Origin: Polyangiaceae bacterium
Lineage (GTDB): Bacteria; Myxococcota_A; Polyangia; Polyangiales; Polyangiaceae
Direction: 5' to 3'
Assembly: GCA_050287085.1 (NCBI GenBank)
Contig: JBNKBE010000015.1
Location: 64,001-128,000, forward strand
Length of the DNA stretch: 64,000 bases
The notes beneath the pieces were generated by a model. It saw only the letters and a list, made by a program, of their open reading frames with translations. It ran no database searches and was not told where the DNA came from. Below are positions 10,501 through 19,280 of this stretch, piece by piece; positions within the stretch are counted from its first letter, which is position 1, and the number at the start of each line of letters is the position of its first letter. The translations under genes and the position numbers were made by a program.

Positions 10501-10692
10501 GCGGACCAGTGGTACAAGATCGAGCTGACCGACTTCAACTGGGAAAGCGGAGGCGACTCGTTCATGTTCTCCGTCGACGGCTCGGCGCCACAATTGGTTT
10601 CGCTGAGCACGCCACTCGGTCCCGAACTGCGCCAACTGCGCATCCACAGCAACGGACACAACGCCGCCTGGGACGAATTTGTGATTGAGTAG
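7528..10692 (+). CDS. Large lipoprotein: Gly-rich tether, DUF4215 myxobacterial Cys-rich repeats, central beta-rich region, C-terminal concanavalin/LamG-like domain
   Basis: Lipobox ISAC, 'CGDGVLDASEECD', 'CGDGIRQSGEWCDDGNTTDGDGC', a second Cys-rich block, then 'WYAEDFE...WYKIEL...FSVDG...WDEFVIE'. Confidence 0.8.
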   Translation: MLRRSFGASVVAAIAISACVDGESTSGANDSANAMGQDAGVDGSCAAADCPDNGGTHNMGTDEPAGSGASGEAGDKPNTDAGEGAGGASPRGGAGGEASGGGNETSGGGQSTGGTEDDVSSDSAGDASGGSGEVTAGSGGTGGNAAGGNAGDAAGGGGGDMTGGSGGNGGTGGNGGTGGTGGNGGNGGNDASSCGDGVLDASEECDPAREFGAPSCSAECELPSCGDGIRQSGEWCDDGNTTDGDGCDNTCRGRCATGPALRDVSSCLESRYWHHPTRCGLTAETFVDVTCCLEPDTLDPNCPQSYPFSVSFPMASQGDDLDWRQEDIASLASTECRPVVLTVEPKAAVTGGFVSGTAVPQIDFAGLDTQRGPTVVIGPEDPPQNPTFISVDQPVAGVTLDYRVDVCTTSSCTARISDGTIQFHFTEFLPDTLVESENPLEAPQVAGDLAQVFVAYREVIAGQGQAMLVSGTLPTVEGKFILGEPNYQAQSGPLLLSASGADAKWISLAHFPDDEATAGPTHVVWIEDDSELHHVVVADNGTVLAKQLLHSGTELAEAQIAAVSATEAGLIFTENVAGTRRLQLLSIDVSGSLGALQTITAADVSASEPHLEAQPELIWIQSDSQGKREVWSQQFDPWTLSLGGRLPKPSSPNAVSPSHPVVTPSGHVYTDTSAEGTDLFLSDPSRPLKLTKGGVSSKAVAPVNPTGSLLLGWQTDGQMDSVRISYLRTDGLTTPQPLSLACSTQDTQDLSLEHLGVYYLEQNSGALYSIPLVYGVWVEGKRIVGKQIPNQGMRTAARCPAGENYCNGFLEVRSCDANGVSNTLVERCPFPERCDSETVSCRCDPGPTCQGDLAVTCLPDGTYADDAIDCTTSGSHCVDGACHFPWYAEDFENGLVVDWFADGQAQFFASAQAAAAGTSFGLSLYTPKGTGELYRYFHTGVRPVRVAFYWRSSQAASYDGPRTILEGTMGSVELFLDREAVRVGERTRPASADQWYKIELTDFNWESGGDSFMFSVDGSAPQLVSLSTPLGPELRQLRIHSNGHNAAWDEFVIE

Positions 10693-10873
10693 GCAGCATT
10701 GGAGGTCGCTCGCAACCGGATGGCTGTGCTCGATTTCAAGCGCGGCCATCCACGGCAGTAGCACAACCCCGAGACCCAATGTACGCACTCGCCGAACCTC
10801 TTTTTCTGCGGTTCTTGACGGACTCGCTCGAAAGATCGGCCCAGCTAGCCGAAGACTACAGGGCGGGGCTCGG

Positions 10874-11908
10874 ATGACTTGGCTGCACGCTCTAAGCACG
10901 ATGCTTGCTTGCTCACTGGCTACGTCTTGCCTCACGAGCAAATACACCATCTCCCGCGAACAGGTATCGGTGCTGTCTCGACGCACGCCCGGGCAGCGAG
11001 GTGGACGGGTCACGGCGGTTCAACAGACGGCCTACAGATACGACAACCTAACGTCCGCAGGTGAGCAGCCACCGTGGCTACTGGACGAGGCGGGGGCGAC
11101 GAGCACAACACGCACACACAGCCACGAGGCCGCTCGATCAGCGCTGGACGCGGCCCGAATCGCGAGGGTCGCGGCGCAGGCAGCCACCGTTCCACCGCTC
11201 GCTGCATGGAGCGTCGGCACCGTGGGGACAGCGTTCGTTCTCTGGTACTTCGGGTACCCTGTCGCAGAAGGAACACGCTTCGATGGGACGCTGCGCTTGG
11301 CGCCAGACCAACCACTGCACCTCATCGGCAAGGGCAATCTCCACGCGTGGGTACCCTTGAATCGCATTCAACCGGAACAGGTCGACTGGGCCACGCGCAT
11401 CGTCGTAGATTCGGATGAAGGGGACGTCGAACGTGTCATTCGGCGACCACTTCATCGGGTGGGATTCACGGGCCACCTATTGGGCGGAGGCACAGCGGTC
11501 TTGAACGCGCGAAACCGAAGTGTTTCCGCAAGTCTGCTTCGCTACGGAATGGGGTACGCCCCCCTACCGTCGCTTTCACCTACGCTCAGCTTCGACCTCG
11601 CATCGGCCGCGAAGACTCTGCAGTACAGTGGTCTGCTCTGCGTTGACTGGTATCCGCTAACAGCTGGACCAGCGCACTTCGGTGTCGCTGCCGAGCTCGG
11701 CTACAGCAGCGCGTCGACGGAGCTACCGATGGATCCGGCAAGCGAACAAGCGTATCCGACAATCCGCTCCACCCAGGGACTGCTTGCCGGTGGCAGCTTT
11801 CTCATTGAGCTCGAGTTCTCCACTCGCCTAGCCCTGTCCACTCGCTTCGGCATCCGCCACCGAGACTCTATCGAGCCATCCTACTTATTCGGAGTTTCCG
11901 TGTACTAG
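10874..11908 (+). CDS. Putative lipoprotein with C-terminal outer-membrane beta-barrel-like region
   Basis: ATG 10874 'MTWLHALSTMLACSLATSC' (lipobox-like). Alternating beta-strand pattern ending in 'FGVSVY'. Confidence 0.6.
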   Translation: MTWLHALSTMLACSLATSCLTSKYTISREQVSVLSRRTPGQRGGRVTAVQQTAYRYDNLTSAGEQPPWLLDEAGATSTTRTHSHEAARSALDAARIARVAAQAATVPPLAAWSVGTVGTAFVLWYFGYPVAEGTRFDGTLRLAPDQPLHLIGKGNLHAWVPLNRIQPEQVDWATRIVVDSDEGDVERVIRRPLHRVGFTGHLLGGGTAVLNARNRSVSASLLRYGMGYAPLPSLSPTLSFDLASAAKTLQYSGLLCVDWYPLTAGPAHFGVAAELGYSSASTELPMDPASEQAYPTIRSTQGLLAGGSFLIELEFSTRLALSTRFGIRHRDSIEPSYLFGVSVY

Positions 11909-12164
11909 GTCCGGCACCGCTAGCTCGATGACCCCGGCCCATGCGTCGGCCCCGCGGAGGACATCTCCACGTCGAACTCCGATTGACCTCCCTGCCATCG
12001 GCCTCACTGACAAGTGCTCGCCGACCTGAGGGGCTCTGCCGGTTCTCGAGAAGACGGGCAGCCGCCTGTCCGGGATTGGGCGACCGCCGACCGTCGCTGT
12101 GACGATGTCATTGAGGCTTGCGGTCCTGCGAGGGAGAGATAACCTCGCGCACAAGTGAACGCCG

Positions 12165-12881
12165 ATGACAACGACAAGCAACTGGACAACCCTTCATGCT
12201 GAGCGCGGGGTGTGGATTCACGAGTACAAGTTTTCCAAGGAAGGTTTCGCCCATACGTTCGTCGTGCGCATGGCGGACAAGAAACTGCTTGTCTTGAGTC
12301 CGGGCAGCGACATGGCTGATGCTGTCTTCCAAGAGCTGGATTCTTTGGGCGAGGTTGCGGCTATCGTTGCGACCAATGGCTTTCACCATTTGGGTATCCC
12401 CGACTGGAGGAGGCGCTATCCGGGGGCGCGGTGTTTTGCCCCCACGGCTGCCGCGCGAAGAATTGCCGCAAAGAATCCGGACGCAGGCTCATTGGAGCCG
12501 CTGTCTGCCTTGAAGGGCGTAATCGACGCAGATATCGTCGTCCGAGAGGTGGACAAGGCCAAACGAGGAGAGCTTTGGCTCAGCGTGGAAACCCCGGGCG
12601 GTCACATCTGGTTTGTCTCCGACTTGCTCGCCAATCTCCCCCATTTGCCTGAAAGCTTCGTGATGGGGCTGGTGTTCAAGTGGACCAAGAGTGCGCCCGG
12701 ATACAAGGTGTTTCACCTCGCACTCATGTTTTTGGTCAAAGACCGCCGCGCCGCACTGCGCAGCATGTTGGATGCACTTGAAACACATCGCCCCTGCATG
12801 GTGGTGCCGGCCCATGGCTCACCGATTGCGCATGACAGGGTGGTGGACGAGACAAGAGCCCTCCTAGAAGCCTACGTTTAG
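12165..12881 (+). CDS. MBL-fold protein, DUF4336-like
   Basis: 'LLVLSP', 'IVATNGFHHLG..W', 'VSDLL', 'VVPAHG'. Confidence 0.75.
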   Translation: MTTTSNWTTLHAERGVWIHEYKFSKEGFAHTFVVRMADKKLLVLSPGSDMADAVFQELDSLGEVAAIVATNGFHHLGIPDWRRRYPGARCFAPTAAARRIAAKNPDAGSLEPLSALKGVIDADIVVREVDKAKRGELWLSVETPGGHIWFVSDLLANLPHLPESFVMGLVFKWTKSAPGYKVFHLALMFLVKDRRAALRSMLDALETHRPCMVVPAHGSPIAHDRVVDETRALLEAYV

Positions 12882-13246
12882 AACCGATCCGAAAGTCGTG
12901 CGCCGGCAAATCGCGGCTCATCGAGCATGTAGACAAGGAAGAGATCTGCGGCTATCGGCGCCACCAAGATACCCTGAGCGCGAGCTCGATAAGACTCCAC
13001 ATCGGCGAGGCTGCGTATGGCTGGGATCAGCTTGGTGGGATCTGCGACCTTGACTACAAGGCTTTCATTTGCAGCCTGAACAACCGATTCGAGATACTCG
13101 CGCGCCATTCGCTCGCAATCCGGTCCATTCTTGGTGCAGTACTCGAAGGGCCTTCCGAGCCATACTTCCAATCTCTGTTCCTCGTGCCGAAGCTCGAGCA
13201 CCAGCGGGTCGTCATCGTTCTCGATAGGCGTGTGCACCGCGAACAA
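12878..13246 (-). pseudogene. Internal fragment paralogous to the DUF1444-like lipoprotein at 55213-56067
   Basis: 'LEVWLGRPFEYC..N..DCERMA.EYL..VVQAA.ES' and 'ADVESYR.RA.GIL..PIA..LF.VYM.D.P' match the 55 kb gene. Lacks the signal peptide and the C-terminal half. Confidence 0.8.
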
Positions 13247-13301
13247 TCAACCAGTGACCTTCGGGGGCGCGCGACTGCCAAAGCCAAGCCTGTGCGTCCC
13301 A

Positions 13302-13766
13302 TCATTCCAAGACGGCAGAGGCTACCCGCGTGATCCCCGAAGTCTCGCCACCGTACATATTCCGCTCCGCTGGAGCGTCCGAGAGGTATTCGATGAACTC
13401 CAGCTCGGTTCCCGAAGGCTCGATGAAGTAAATGGTCTTCCGGTGCGGGTGGTCGGCACCGATCGTTGCAATCTCATATCCCGCGCTGACCAGGCGCTCG
13501 CGGACGTCGTCGACCGAGGGCACCTCGATGCCAACATGTGAAAGCCCAGGGCTCACTCCGCGGAGGTCGCGCCCCGCGCCGACCGCGCCGTCATTGAGCG
13601 TGATGTAGAAGTCGTCGGTCCCAAAGTGCACCCACTCGCGCTTGACCCCATACCACTCGCCAGGACCTCGCCCGCGCACCGACCACTCCGGCAGAGCGGT
13701 CCTCAGGAAAGCCATCGTCTCATCGATCGAGCGTACGACCAGGTTCACATGTTCAACTCGTGCCAT
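13302..13766 (-). CDS. VOC/glyoxalase family protein
   Basis: AGGAG RBS then 'MARVEHVNLVV', 'GLSHVGIEV', 'IYFIEPSGTELEF'. Divergent from LysR. Confidence 0.9.
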   Translation of the reverse strand: MARVEHVNLVVRSIDETMAFLRTALPEWSVRGRGPGEWYGVKREWVHFGTDDFYITLNDGAVGAGRDLRGVSPGLSHVGIEVPSVDDVRERLVSAGYEIATIGADHPHRKTIYFIEPSGTELEFIEYLSDAPAERNMYGGETSGITRVASAVLE

Positions 13767-13863
13767 CTCATCTTCTCCTTCGCTGAGGCCTTGCGCCTCG
13801 AGGTAGGAAGAAGACATAGCAGTTGCGCATCTCGCATCAATGTGGCCTGCGTTCAAATCACAT

Positions 13864-13878
13864 TTGATAAATTCTCAA
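13864..13878. promoter_or_regulatory. LysR-type T-N11-A recognition box
   Basis: Perfect TTGA-N7-TCAA dyad in the AT-rich divergent VOC/LysR intergenic region. Confidence 0.6.
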
Positions 13879-13902
13879 CAATCAACTACTTTCGCCAACG
13901 AC

Positions 13903-14823
13903 ATGAACATCCATGACCTCGCCGCGCTGGTTGAGGTGATCGATCGTGGGGGCCTCTCTCCCGCCGCCGAGGCACTCGGCGTGACGACGTCGGCGGTGTC
14001 GCGCCGGATCAGCGGGCTCGAGGATGAGCTCGGCGCGCAGCTCCTTCTCCGTACGACCCGCAGCAGCGAGCCCACCGAGGTGGGGCGTCGCGTGCTTGAG
14101 CACGCGCGGGGCGTCCTCGAGGCAGTGCAGCTCGCCCGCGACGCAGCGCGCGAAGAGCAGGCAGAGGTGCGTGGACTCGTACGTGTCGTCTCTCTCATGG
14201 CCTTCGGTCGGCTCCACGTAGCGCCGCTCCTGGCGGAGGTGCGACGCCGGCACCCTGGCATCGAGCTCGATCTCATCTTCGACGACCGCCAAGGACGCGT
14301 CCTCGAGCGGGACTTCGATCTTGCGCTCGTCGCGGGGATGCCTCGGAGCGATCGCTTCTTCGTGACGCGCGTCGGCGAACTCGGCAGCGTCGTCTGTGCC
14401 GCCCCCGCTTACCTCGCCGCTCGCGGGGCCCCTTGTCACCCGAGTGAGCTTGGCGCCCACGACTGCGTCTTGTACAGCTACTCAGGCTCCCCCGATACGT
14501 GGGTCCTCTCACGCGACGGGCAAGCAGTCGAAGTTCGCGTCTCAGGCTCCCTCCGCGCCAACAACGGTGAGGTGGTCGCGGATCTGGTGCATCGGGGGCT
14601 CGGGATCGGGCGCCTGCCGGAGTTCATCGCCGGACCCCTCCTGGACGCGGGGGAGTTGGTCAATCTCTTTCCAGCCTTCGAGATGGTCACGGTGCCCCTC
14701 TTCATCGCGACCCAGCAGAGCCAGCCGCTGCCGCGGCGTATCCGCGCGGTGCACGACGTGCTGGTGGAGGGTCTCCGCCGCGTGCCCTGGGCCACGCGGA
14801 GAGCCACCGCCCCAGCCACCTGA
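13903..14823 (+). CDS. LysR family transcriptional regulator (CrgA/DmlR-like)
   Basis: HTH 'SPAAEALGVTTSAVSRRISGLEDELGAQLLLRTTR' and 'CAAPAYLAARGAP.HP.EL..HDC'. Confidence 0.95.
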   Translation: MNIHDLAALVEVIDRGGLSPAAEALGVTTSAVSRRISGLEDELGAQLLLRTTRSSEPTEVGRRVLEHARGVLEAVQLARDAAREEQAEVRGLVRVVSLMAFGRLHVAPLLAEVRRRHPGIELDLIFDDRQGRVLERDFDLALVAGMPRSDRFFVTRVGELGSVVCAAPAYLAARGAPCHPSELGAHDCVLYSYSGSPDTWVLSRDGQAVEVRVSGSLRANNGEVVADLVHRGLGIGRLPEFIAGPLLDAGELVNLFPAFEMVTVPLFIATQQSQPLPRRIRAVHDVLVEGLRRVPWATRRATAPAT

Positions 14824-14880
14824 CTGCAAAGCTCGCCGCCGCGACCCCGGCGCGCACCGCGGATCGCAGTCTCGGCCCGC

Positions 14881-15462
14881 TCAGAAGTGGAACTGTACCG
14901 AACCTTGAGTTCGCACGGTCGTATTCCAGAACGGCACCAGATCCGTACTGAATGCCAACGAGAGGCACCCACTCGCCCGATGGGTATAGCCCAGGCGAAG
15001 ACCCGCAAGCGGATCAACCTGGGTCCTGGACGTTTCAGCGACGTGGGTAGCCGTCATTTCAACCCCGCCCAACGTCGCGACGAACAGGCGATGACGCGCG
15101 TCGTACCAGGGCGCGTAGCTGAACGCCAGCACGGTCCAGGCCGCCGTCCCGTCAACACCGGTCTGGGCCACCGTGCCGGAGGGTAGAAACACGTTGTAGA
15201 CGTCCAACTCCAGCGCCCACGCTGGAGTCAACTCAACGCCGAAGATGGCCCCGAGTTGGGCCGCTCCCGGATTCGTCTGCAGCTCTCCCACCGAACGGCC
15301 CTCGAAATCGATCCCCGAGCCCACGCCCACATACCAGGTGGGCGTGGTCTGAGTGGGCGACACCTGTGCGTCGCTCGCCTCGCCCTGTGGGGCCGCGTGC
15401 GCCGTGGCAGCAGCCAGAAGGAGGGTCGTCAGGGTGGCGAGCTTTGTCTCGATTCTGTGCAT
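14881..15462 (-). CDS. Small outer-membrane beta-barrel protein
   Basis: AGGAG RBS, signal peptide ending AHA, amphipathic strands, C-terminal Phe (VQFHF). Confidence 0.7.
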   Translation of the reverse strand: MHRIETKLATLTTLLLAAATAHAAPQGEASDAQVSPTQTTPTWYVGVGSGIDFEGRSVGELQTNPGAAQLGAIFGVELTPAWALELDVYNVFLPSGTVAQTGVDGTAAWTVLAFSYAPWYDARHRLFVATLGGVEMTATHVAETSRTQVDPLAGLRLGYTHRASGCLSLAFSTDLVPFWNTTVRTQGSVQFHF

Positions 15463-15545
15463 GTACAACTCCTGTGATTCATCGGCCCTCTCACCTGGGC
15501 GCACAGGCAGCATGCGGATCCCCTGCGCCAATGTCGTGCCCCGAA

Positions 15546-15619
15546 CGACGAACGGCGCGACACGTCGCGACCAGCGGCGCTCGAACGGTTCCGAGCGTTC
15601 GCTGCGCGCCGATGGATGG
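15546..15619 (-). promoter_or_regulatory. Putative LytTR (AlgR-like) direct-repeat binding sites
   Basis: cgacgaacggcgc 15546 and cgaccagcggcgc 15568, with weaker copies at 15589 and 15610 (22/21/21 bp spacing). The reverse complement of the first is CCGTTCGTCG. Confidence 0.6.
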
Positions 15620-15667
15620 CGAGGGCCCCGCTTGCAAGAACATGCCCCTCGGGCCCATCATGAAGCC

Positions 15668-16774
15668 ATGCTCACGCTCTCAGTCGGAGCTGACCGTCGC
15701 GCGGTCGCACTCTTCGCCAATCCGTGGAAGGCCTTGGCGCCTTTGGCGTGGGCAGCGTACTTGGTAGTGCCAACGATTGTCACGCTGCTCCTCGTGCCCG
15801 TGGCCGCCTTGAGCGACATCGCCGCCGTACGCTTCGAATGGGTGTGCAACTTCATCGGAGCGGTGAGCTTGGGGGCGCCGCTACACTGCACCTGCTACTT
15901 GCTGGGTCGACGCAGCCGAGGGCGCCCCTTGGCTCGCCTGCCATTGCGCCTCGCCTGGACGGCCATGATGCTCGTCGTCGCGACGCTCTTGGGTGCTGAA
16001 CTTTCGTTGCCCTTCGAATATCCGCGACATCCTGGAATGAATGTGACGGCGTATCGGCTGCAATTCTACCGCCTGGGATTGTTGTTCGCGTCCCTGTGGA
16101 TGGCCGGGCTCTGGATCTACGACGCAGCGCTATCGCACGCGCGCGATAGCGCTCTGCGGCAGCAGGTAGCTGAGCTAAACGCCCGAAGGGCCCAACTCGA
16201 GGCCCTGCAGGTCCGAACCGACCCACACTTCCTTTACAACGCGCTAAATGGCGTTGCGGCGCTCATTTCCCTCGACGCAGAGCACGCCCAAAGCGCGACA
16301 GAACAGCTCGCGGATCTCTTCCGCCGAGTCGTGGAAGTTACACGTCGACCGACGAACTCATTGGGCAGCGAACTCGAGCTGGCCGAACGCTACCTGGACA
16401 TCGAACGTCTCCGCTTCGAGGATTTGCAGCTCGATGTCCAGGTGGACGAGCGCGCCAAGTCTTGGGTGGTGCCGTCATTGTTGTTGCAGCCACTGCTGGA
16501 AAACGCCGTCAAGCACGGTCGAAGCGCGAGCGGAAAGCGACATGTGAGCCTCGAGGCTCACGTCGTCGAAGAAGCTTCGAAGAGTGCGAAGCTTCGCCTC
16601 AAGCTCAGCAATCCACACGACGAGAAGGCGTGCACCTCTGGCTCCAAAGCAACACTCGCACATCTGCAGCAGCGGCTAGACTTGCTCTATGGCACGCAGG
16701 CCAATTTGATAGCACGAAGTGACGGGCGACATTTCATCGTGCTTGCTGAAATCCCTGCCGAGAGGATTGCGTGA
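15668..16774 (+). CDS. LytS/YehU-type sensor histidine kinase
   Basis: Four TM helices, 'DPHFLYNALN', 'YLDIERLRF', 'LLQPLLENAVKHG'. Confidence 0.92.
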   Translation: MLTLSVGADRRAVALFANPWKALAPLAWAAYLVVPTIVTLLLVPVAALSDIAAVRFEWVCNFIGAVSLGAPLHCTCYLLGRRSRGRPLARLPLRLAWTAMMLVVATLLGAELSLPFEYPRHPGMNVTAYRLQFYRLGLLFASLWMAGLWIYDAALSHARDSALRQQVAELNARRAQLEALQVRTDPHFLYNALNGVAALISLDAEHAQSATEQLADLFRRVVEVTRRPTNSLGSELELAERYLDIERLRFEDLQLDVQVDERAKSWVVPSLLLQPLLENAVKHGRSASGKRHVSLEAHVVEEASKSAKLRLKLSNPHDEKACTSGSKATLAHLQQRLDLLYGTQANLIARSDGRHFIVLAEIPAERIA

Positions 16775-17454
16775 ACATACTCATCGTCGATGACGAACCG
16801 CTCGCTCGAGCGCGGCTGCGGCAGTTGGTGGAGAAGATACCAGGCGCCGTCGTCAGCGGAGAGGCACGCGACGTCCCGAGCGCAATCGCAGCTCTGCGTG
16901 AAGCGACCCACGACGTGATCTTGCTGGACATTCAAATGCCGGGTGAGTCCGGCATGGAGTTCGCACAGCATCCGCTGCTGCCACCGGTCGTCTTCGTGAC
17001 CGCCCATGACCAACACGCGCTGCGGGCGTTCGACGTCTCGGCCGTCGACTACCTCCTCAAACCGGTTACCCTCGAACGCCTGCAGCGGGCACTCGGGCGC
17101 GTCACGGCACGCGCGAGCAGCTCGACGCATGCGACGCGTCTCGCCGTCAGGAGCGGGGAAACGGTGGAGTTCATCGCATTGGAACGGGTGACGCGCTTGT
17201 GGGCCAGCGACAAATACGTCGTCTGCACCGTGGATGGTCAAGAGCGCTTGTTGAGCGACAGTCTCAACGAACTCGAAGTGCGCCTGTGCGCCCATCGTTT
17301 CCTACGAACCCATCGGGCGGAGCTCGTCAACCTAGAGGCTGTCTGCAAGCTGCATTGCAACGGTCACGTTGGAGAACTCGAGATGACGGACGGGCAGCGG
17401 GCGAGAGTCAGTCGTCGCATGATGCCAGCAGTGCGGCGCGCCCTGGGTCTATGA
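16771..17454 (+). CDS. LytR/AlgR family response regulator
   Basis: REC 'VDDEPLARARL...LLDIQMP...FVTA...DYLLKP' and LytTR 'FLRTHRAELVN...VSRR'. GTGA overlap with the kinase. Confidence 0.95.
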   Translation: MNILIVDDEPLARARLRQLVEKIPGAVVSGEARDVPSAIAALREATHDVILLDIQMPGESGMEFAQHPLLPPVVFVTAHDQHALRAFDVSAVDYLLKPVTLERLQRALGRVTARASSSTHATRLAVRSGETVEFIALERVTRLWASDKYVVCTVDGQERLLSDSLNELEVRLCAHRFLRTHRAELVNLEAVCKLHCNGHVGELEMTDGQRARVSRRMMPAVRRALGL

Positions 17455-17800
17455 AGCGAATGTGAGCGCAGCGCCCGCCCACTCCACTTCGAGGCATTCA
17501 CCTCCGGGCGCTCAAACAGCCATCCCGACCATGCCGTAGCGAGCCGCAGTCCAAAATCGAACTCATAGGAGTACCCCAGTCCGAAACCGGGACGCAACGC
17601 GCTGGGACTGAAGTGGGCCGCTGCTCGCCCGGTACGCGCCGGACTTCCTCGAGCGAAAGATGAACGCATCATGACGCGTAGTCGCTCGTATTCGCCGCCC
17701 GGAGTGGGCTCCGCCTCGAACGCGATCCAGTCCCCCAGCTGGCTCGCTCGTCGCAGCGGTTCAAATGCCCCGGCGCACCCGCTACTATCAAGAACTTGCG
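17451..17800 (-). pseudogene. Possible remnant of an outer-membrane barrel gene
   Basis: Open stretch 'ALRPGFGLGYSYEFDFGLRLAT' has a barrel-strand pattern. No credible start or signal peptide. Confidence 0.3.
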
Positions 17801-17885
17801 AAGTCCCCGAACCAAGCGCGTCACCCGGCGGCAGGTGCAGACACCGCCGCGCGCTAGCTCTCATCCAACAATCAACGGTTGACCC

Positions 17886-18308
17886 ATGAAGATACGTCCG
17901 TTCTCAATGGCCGACGAGCCTGCGGTAGTCGAGCTCTGGCGTCGGTGCGAGCTGACGCGACCTTGGAACGACCCCCACCGTGACATTCAGCGAAAGCTCA
18001 CCACCCAGGCTGACCTGTTTTTGGTCGGCGAAGTCGACGGAGAGATTGTGGCTTCGGTGATGGCTGGATTTGACGGTCACAGGGGCTGGGTCAATTATTT
18101 GGCCGTTTCGCCCGAGCACCGTCAAGCCGGTCTTGGTCGCACCCTCATGCGTCACGCGGAGTCTGAGCTCAAGAAGCGCGGCTGTCCTAAGCTGAACTTG
18201 CAGGTCCGCGCAGCAAACCGTTCCGCATTGGAGTTCTACAAACGCATCGGCTATTCAACAGACGAGGTGATCAGCCTCGGCAAACGGCTCGTCACGGACG
18301 AGTCATAG
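17886..18308 (+). CDS. GNAT acetyltransferase, YpeA-like
   Basis: 'LTRPWNDP.RDI.RK', 'MAGFDGHRGWVNYLAV', 'GCPKLNLQVR'. Confidence 0.92.
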   Translation: MKIRPFSMADEPAVVELWRRCELTRPWNDPHRDIQRKLTTQADLFLVGEVDGEIVASVMAGFDGHRGWVNYLAVSPEHRQAGLGRTLMRHAESELKKRGCPKLNLQVRAANRSALEFYKRIGYSTDEVISLGKRLVTDES

Positions 18309-18413
18309 AGAAACGAGCTTCCGACCATCAGCGCTGTGCCCGACCATGGCGCCCCAGCCGCCCGGCGCTCGCGGAGGCGCATTTGCCCCAAACCGCTTGC
18401 GGCTCCAGAGCCC

Positions 18414-19188
18414 TCACTCACAGCGCCAGCTCGCTGGCGCCAGCGGCAAGCCCGCGATGACCGCCTCACACGCAACCCCGGCGCGGACGGACAGCGCGGG
18501 AGCTAGGGCGCCGGTGGTGATCACTTCGCCCGGCTGCAGTGCGGGTGCGCCGCGGTCAGCGAGCACTGCGCTCAGCAACTCCAGGGCCCGCAAGGGACTG
18601 CCGAGCACGCGTTCACTGCCGCCGTCGCTGACGGCGTCGCCGACCCTGAGACGCGCACGCAGACTCGTGAGCAGGGGCGCGTGCGCGAGAGCATCATAGG
18701 GCAGCCAGGGACCTAACAACAGCGCAGCGTGCACGGCGCCAGCGGCCACCGCTGCAGGCACCGTGAAGTCCCACGTGGCGTAGGGGCGGTCTACGAGCTC
18801 GATGCCGAGCGCCATCGCCTCCGGAACGCCACCTGAGCCCAAGCGAAACACCAACTCCACCTCGGCCTTTGGCTCGCGCAAGGCGCCCAACGCGAGCACG
18901 CCTTCGAGCGGCCGCGTGCTGTTCGCATATAGCCACCCCCACGTAGGAGCGGAGAGGCCCTGGGCGGGCCACAGCTCCGCCACCGTGTGCCCGATCTTGC
19001 GGCCCACCGCACGTTCCCCCCCCCCGCAGGCGGCGCGTGTGATTGAGCGCAGCGATGGCGTAGGCCTCATCCAGCGCCAGCCCCTCAGGCACGGGCGCGA
19101 GCCCTCCCGCGACCATGGGACGGCCCGCCCGGGCGAGCCAGAGCTGCTCAGCGCAGCTCTGAAGGCGACTCATCAGGACGTCGTGCAT
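18414..19188 (-). pseudogene. 2-keto-4-pentenoate hydratase (FAH superfamily), split by a +1 frameshift in a G10 run
   Basis: N-part 'LDEAYAIA...RRLRGG' and C-part 'ERAVGRKIG.T...EPKAEVELVF...GIELVD...PGEVITTGAL' are in different frames. C10 at 19016-19025; G9 would restore the frame. Confidence 0.8.
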
Positions 19189-19280
19189 GGGGATGATTGT
19201 CCGTCCTTTGCGCGGGCTCAGGCAAGACTCGAGAGGCCGAATCCTAGCCTTTCATAAGGCGGGTACCGTCTGAGCTGCCC

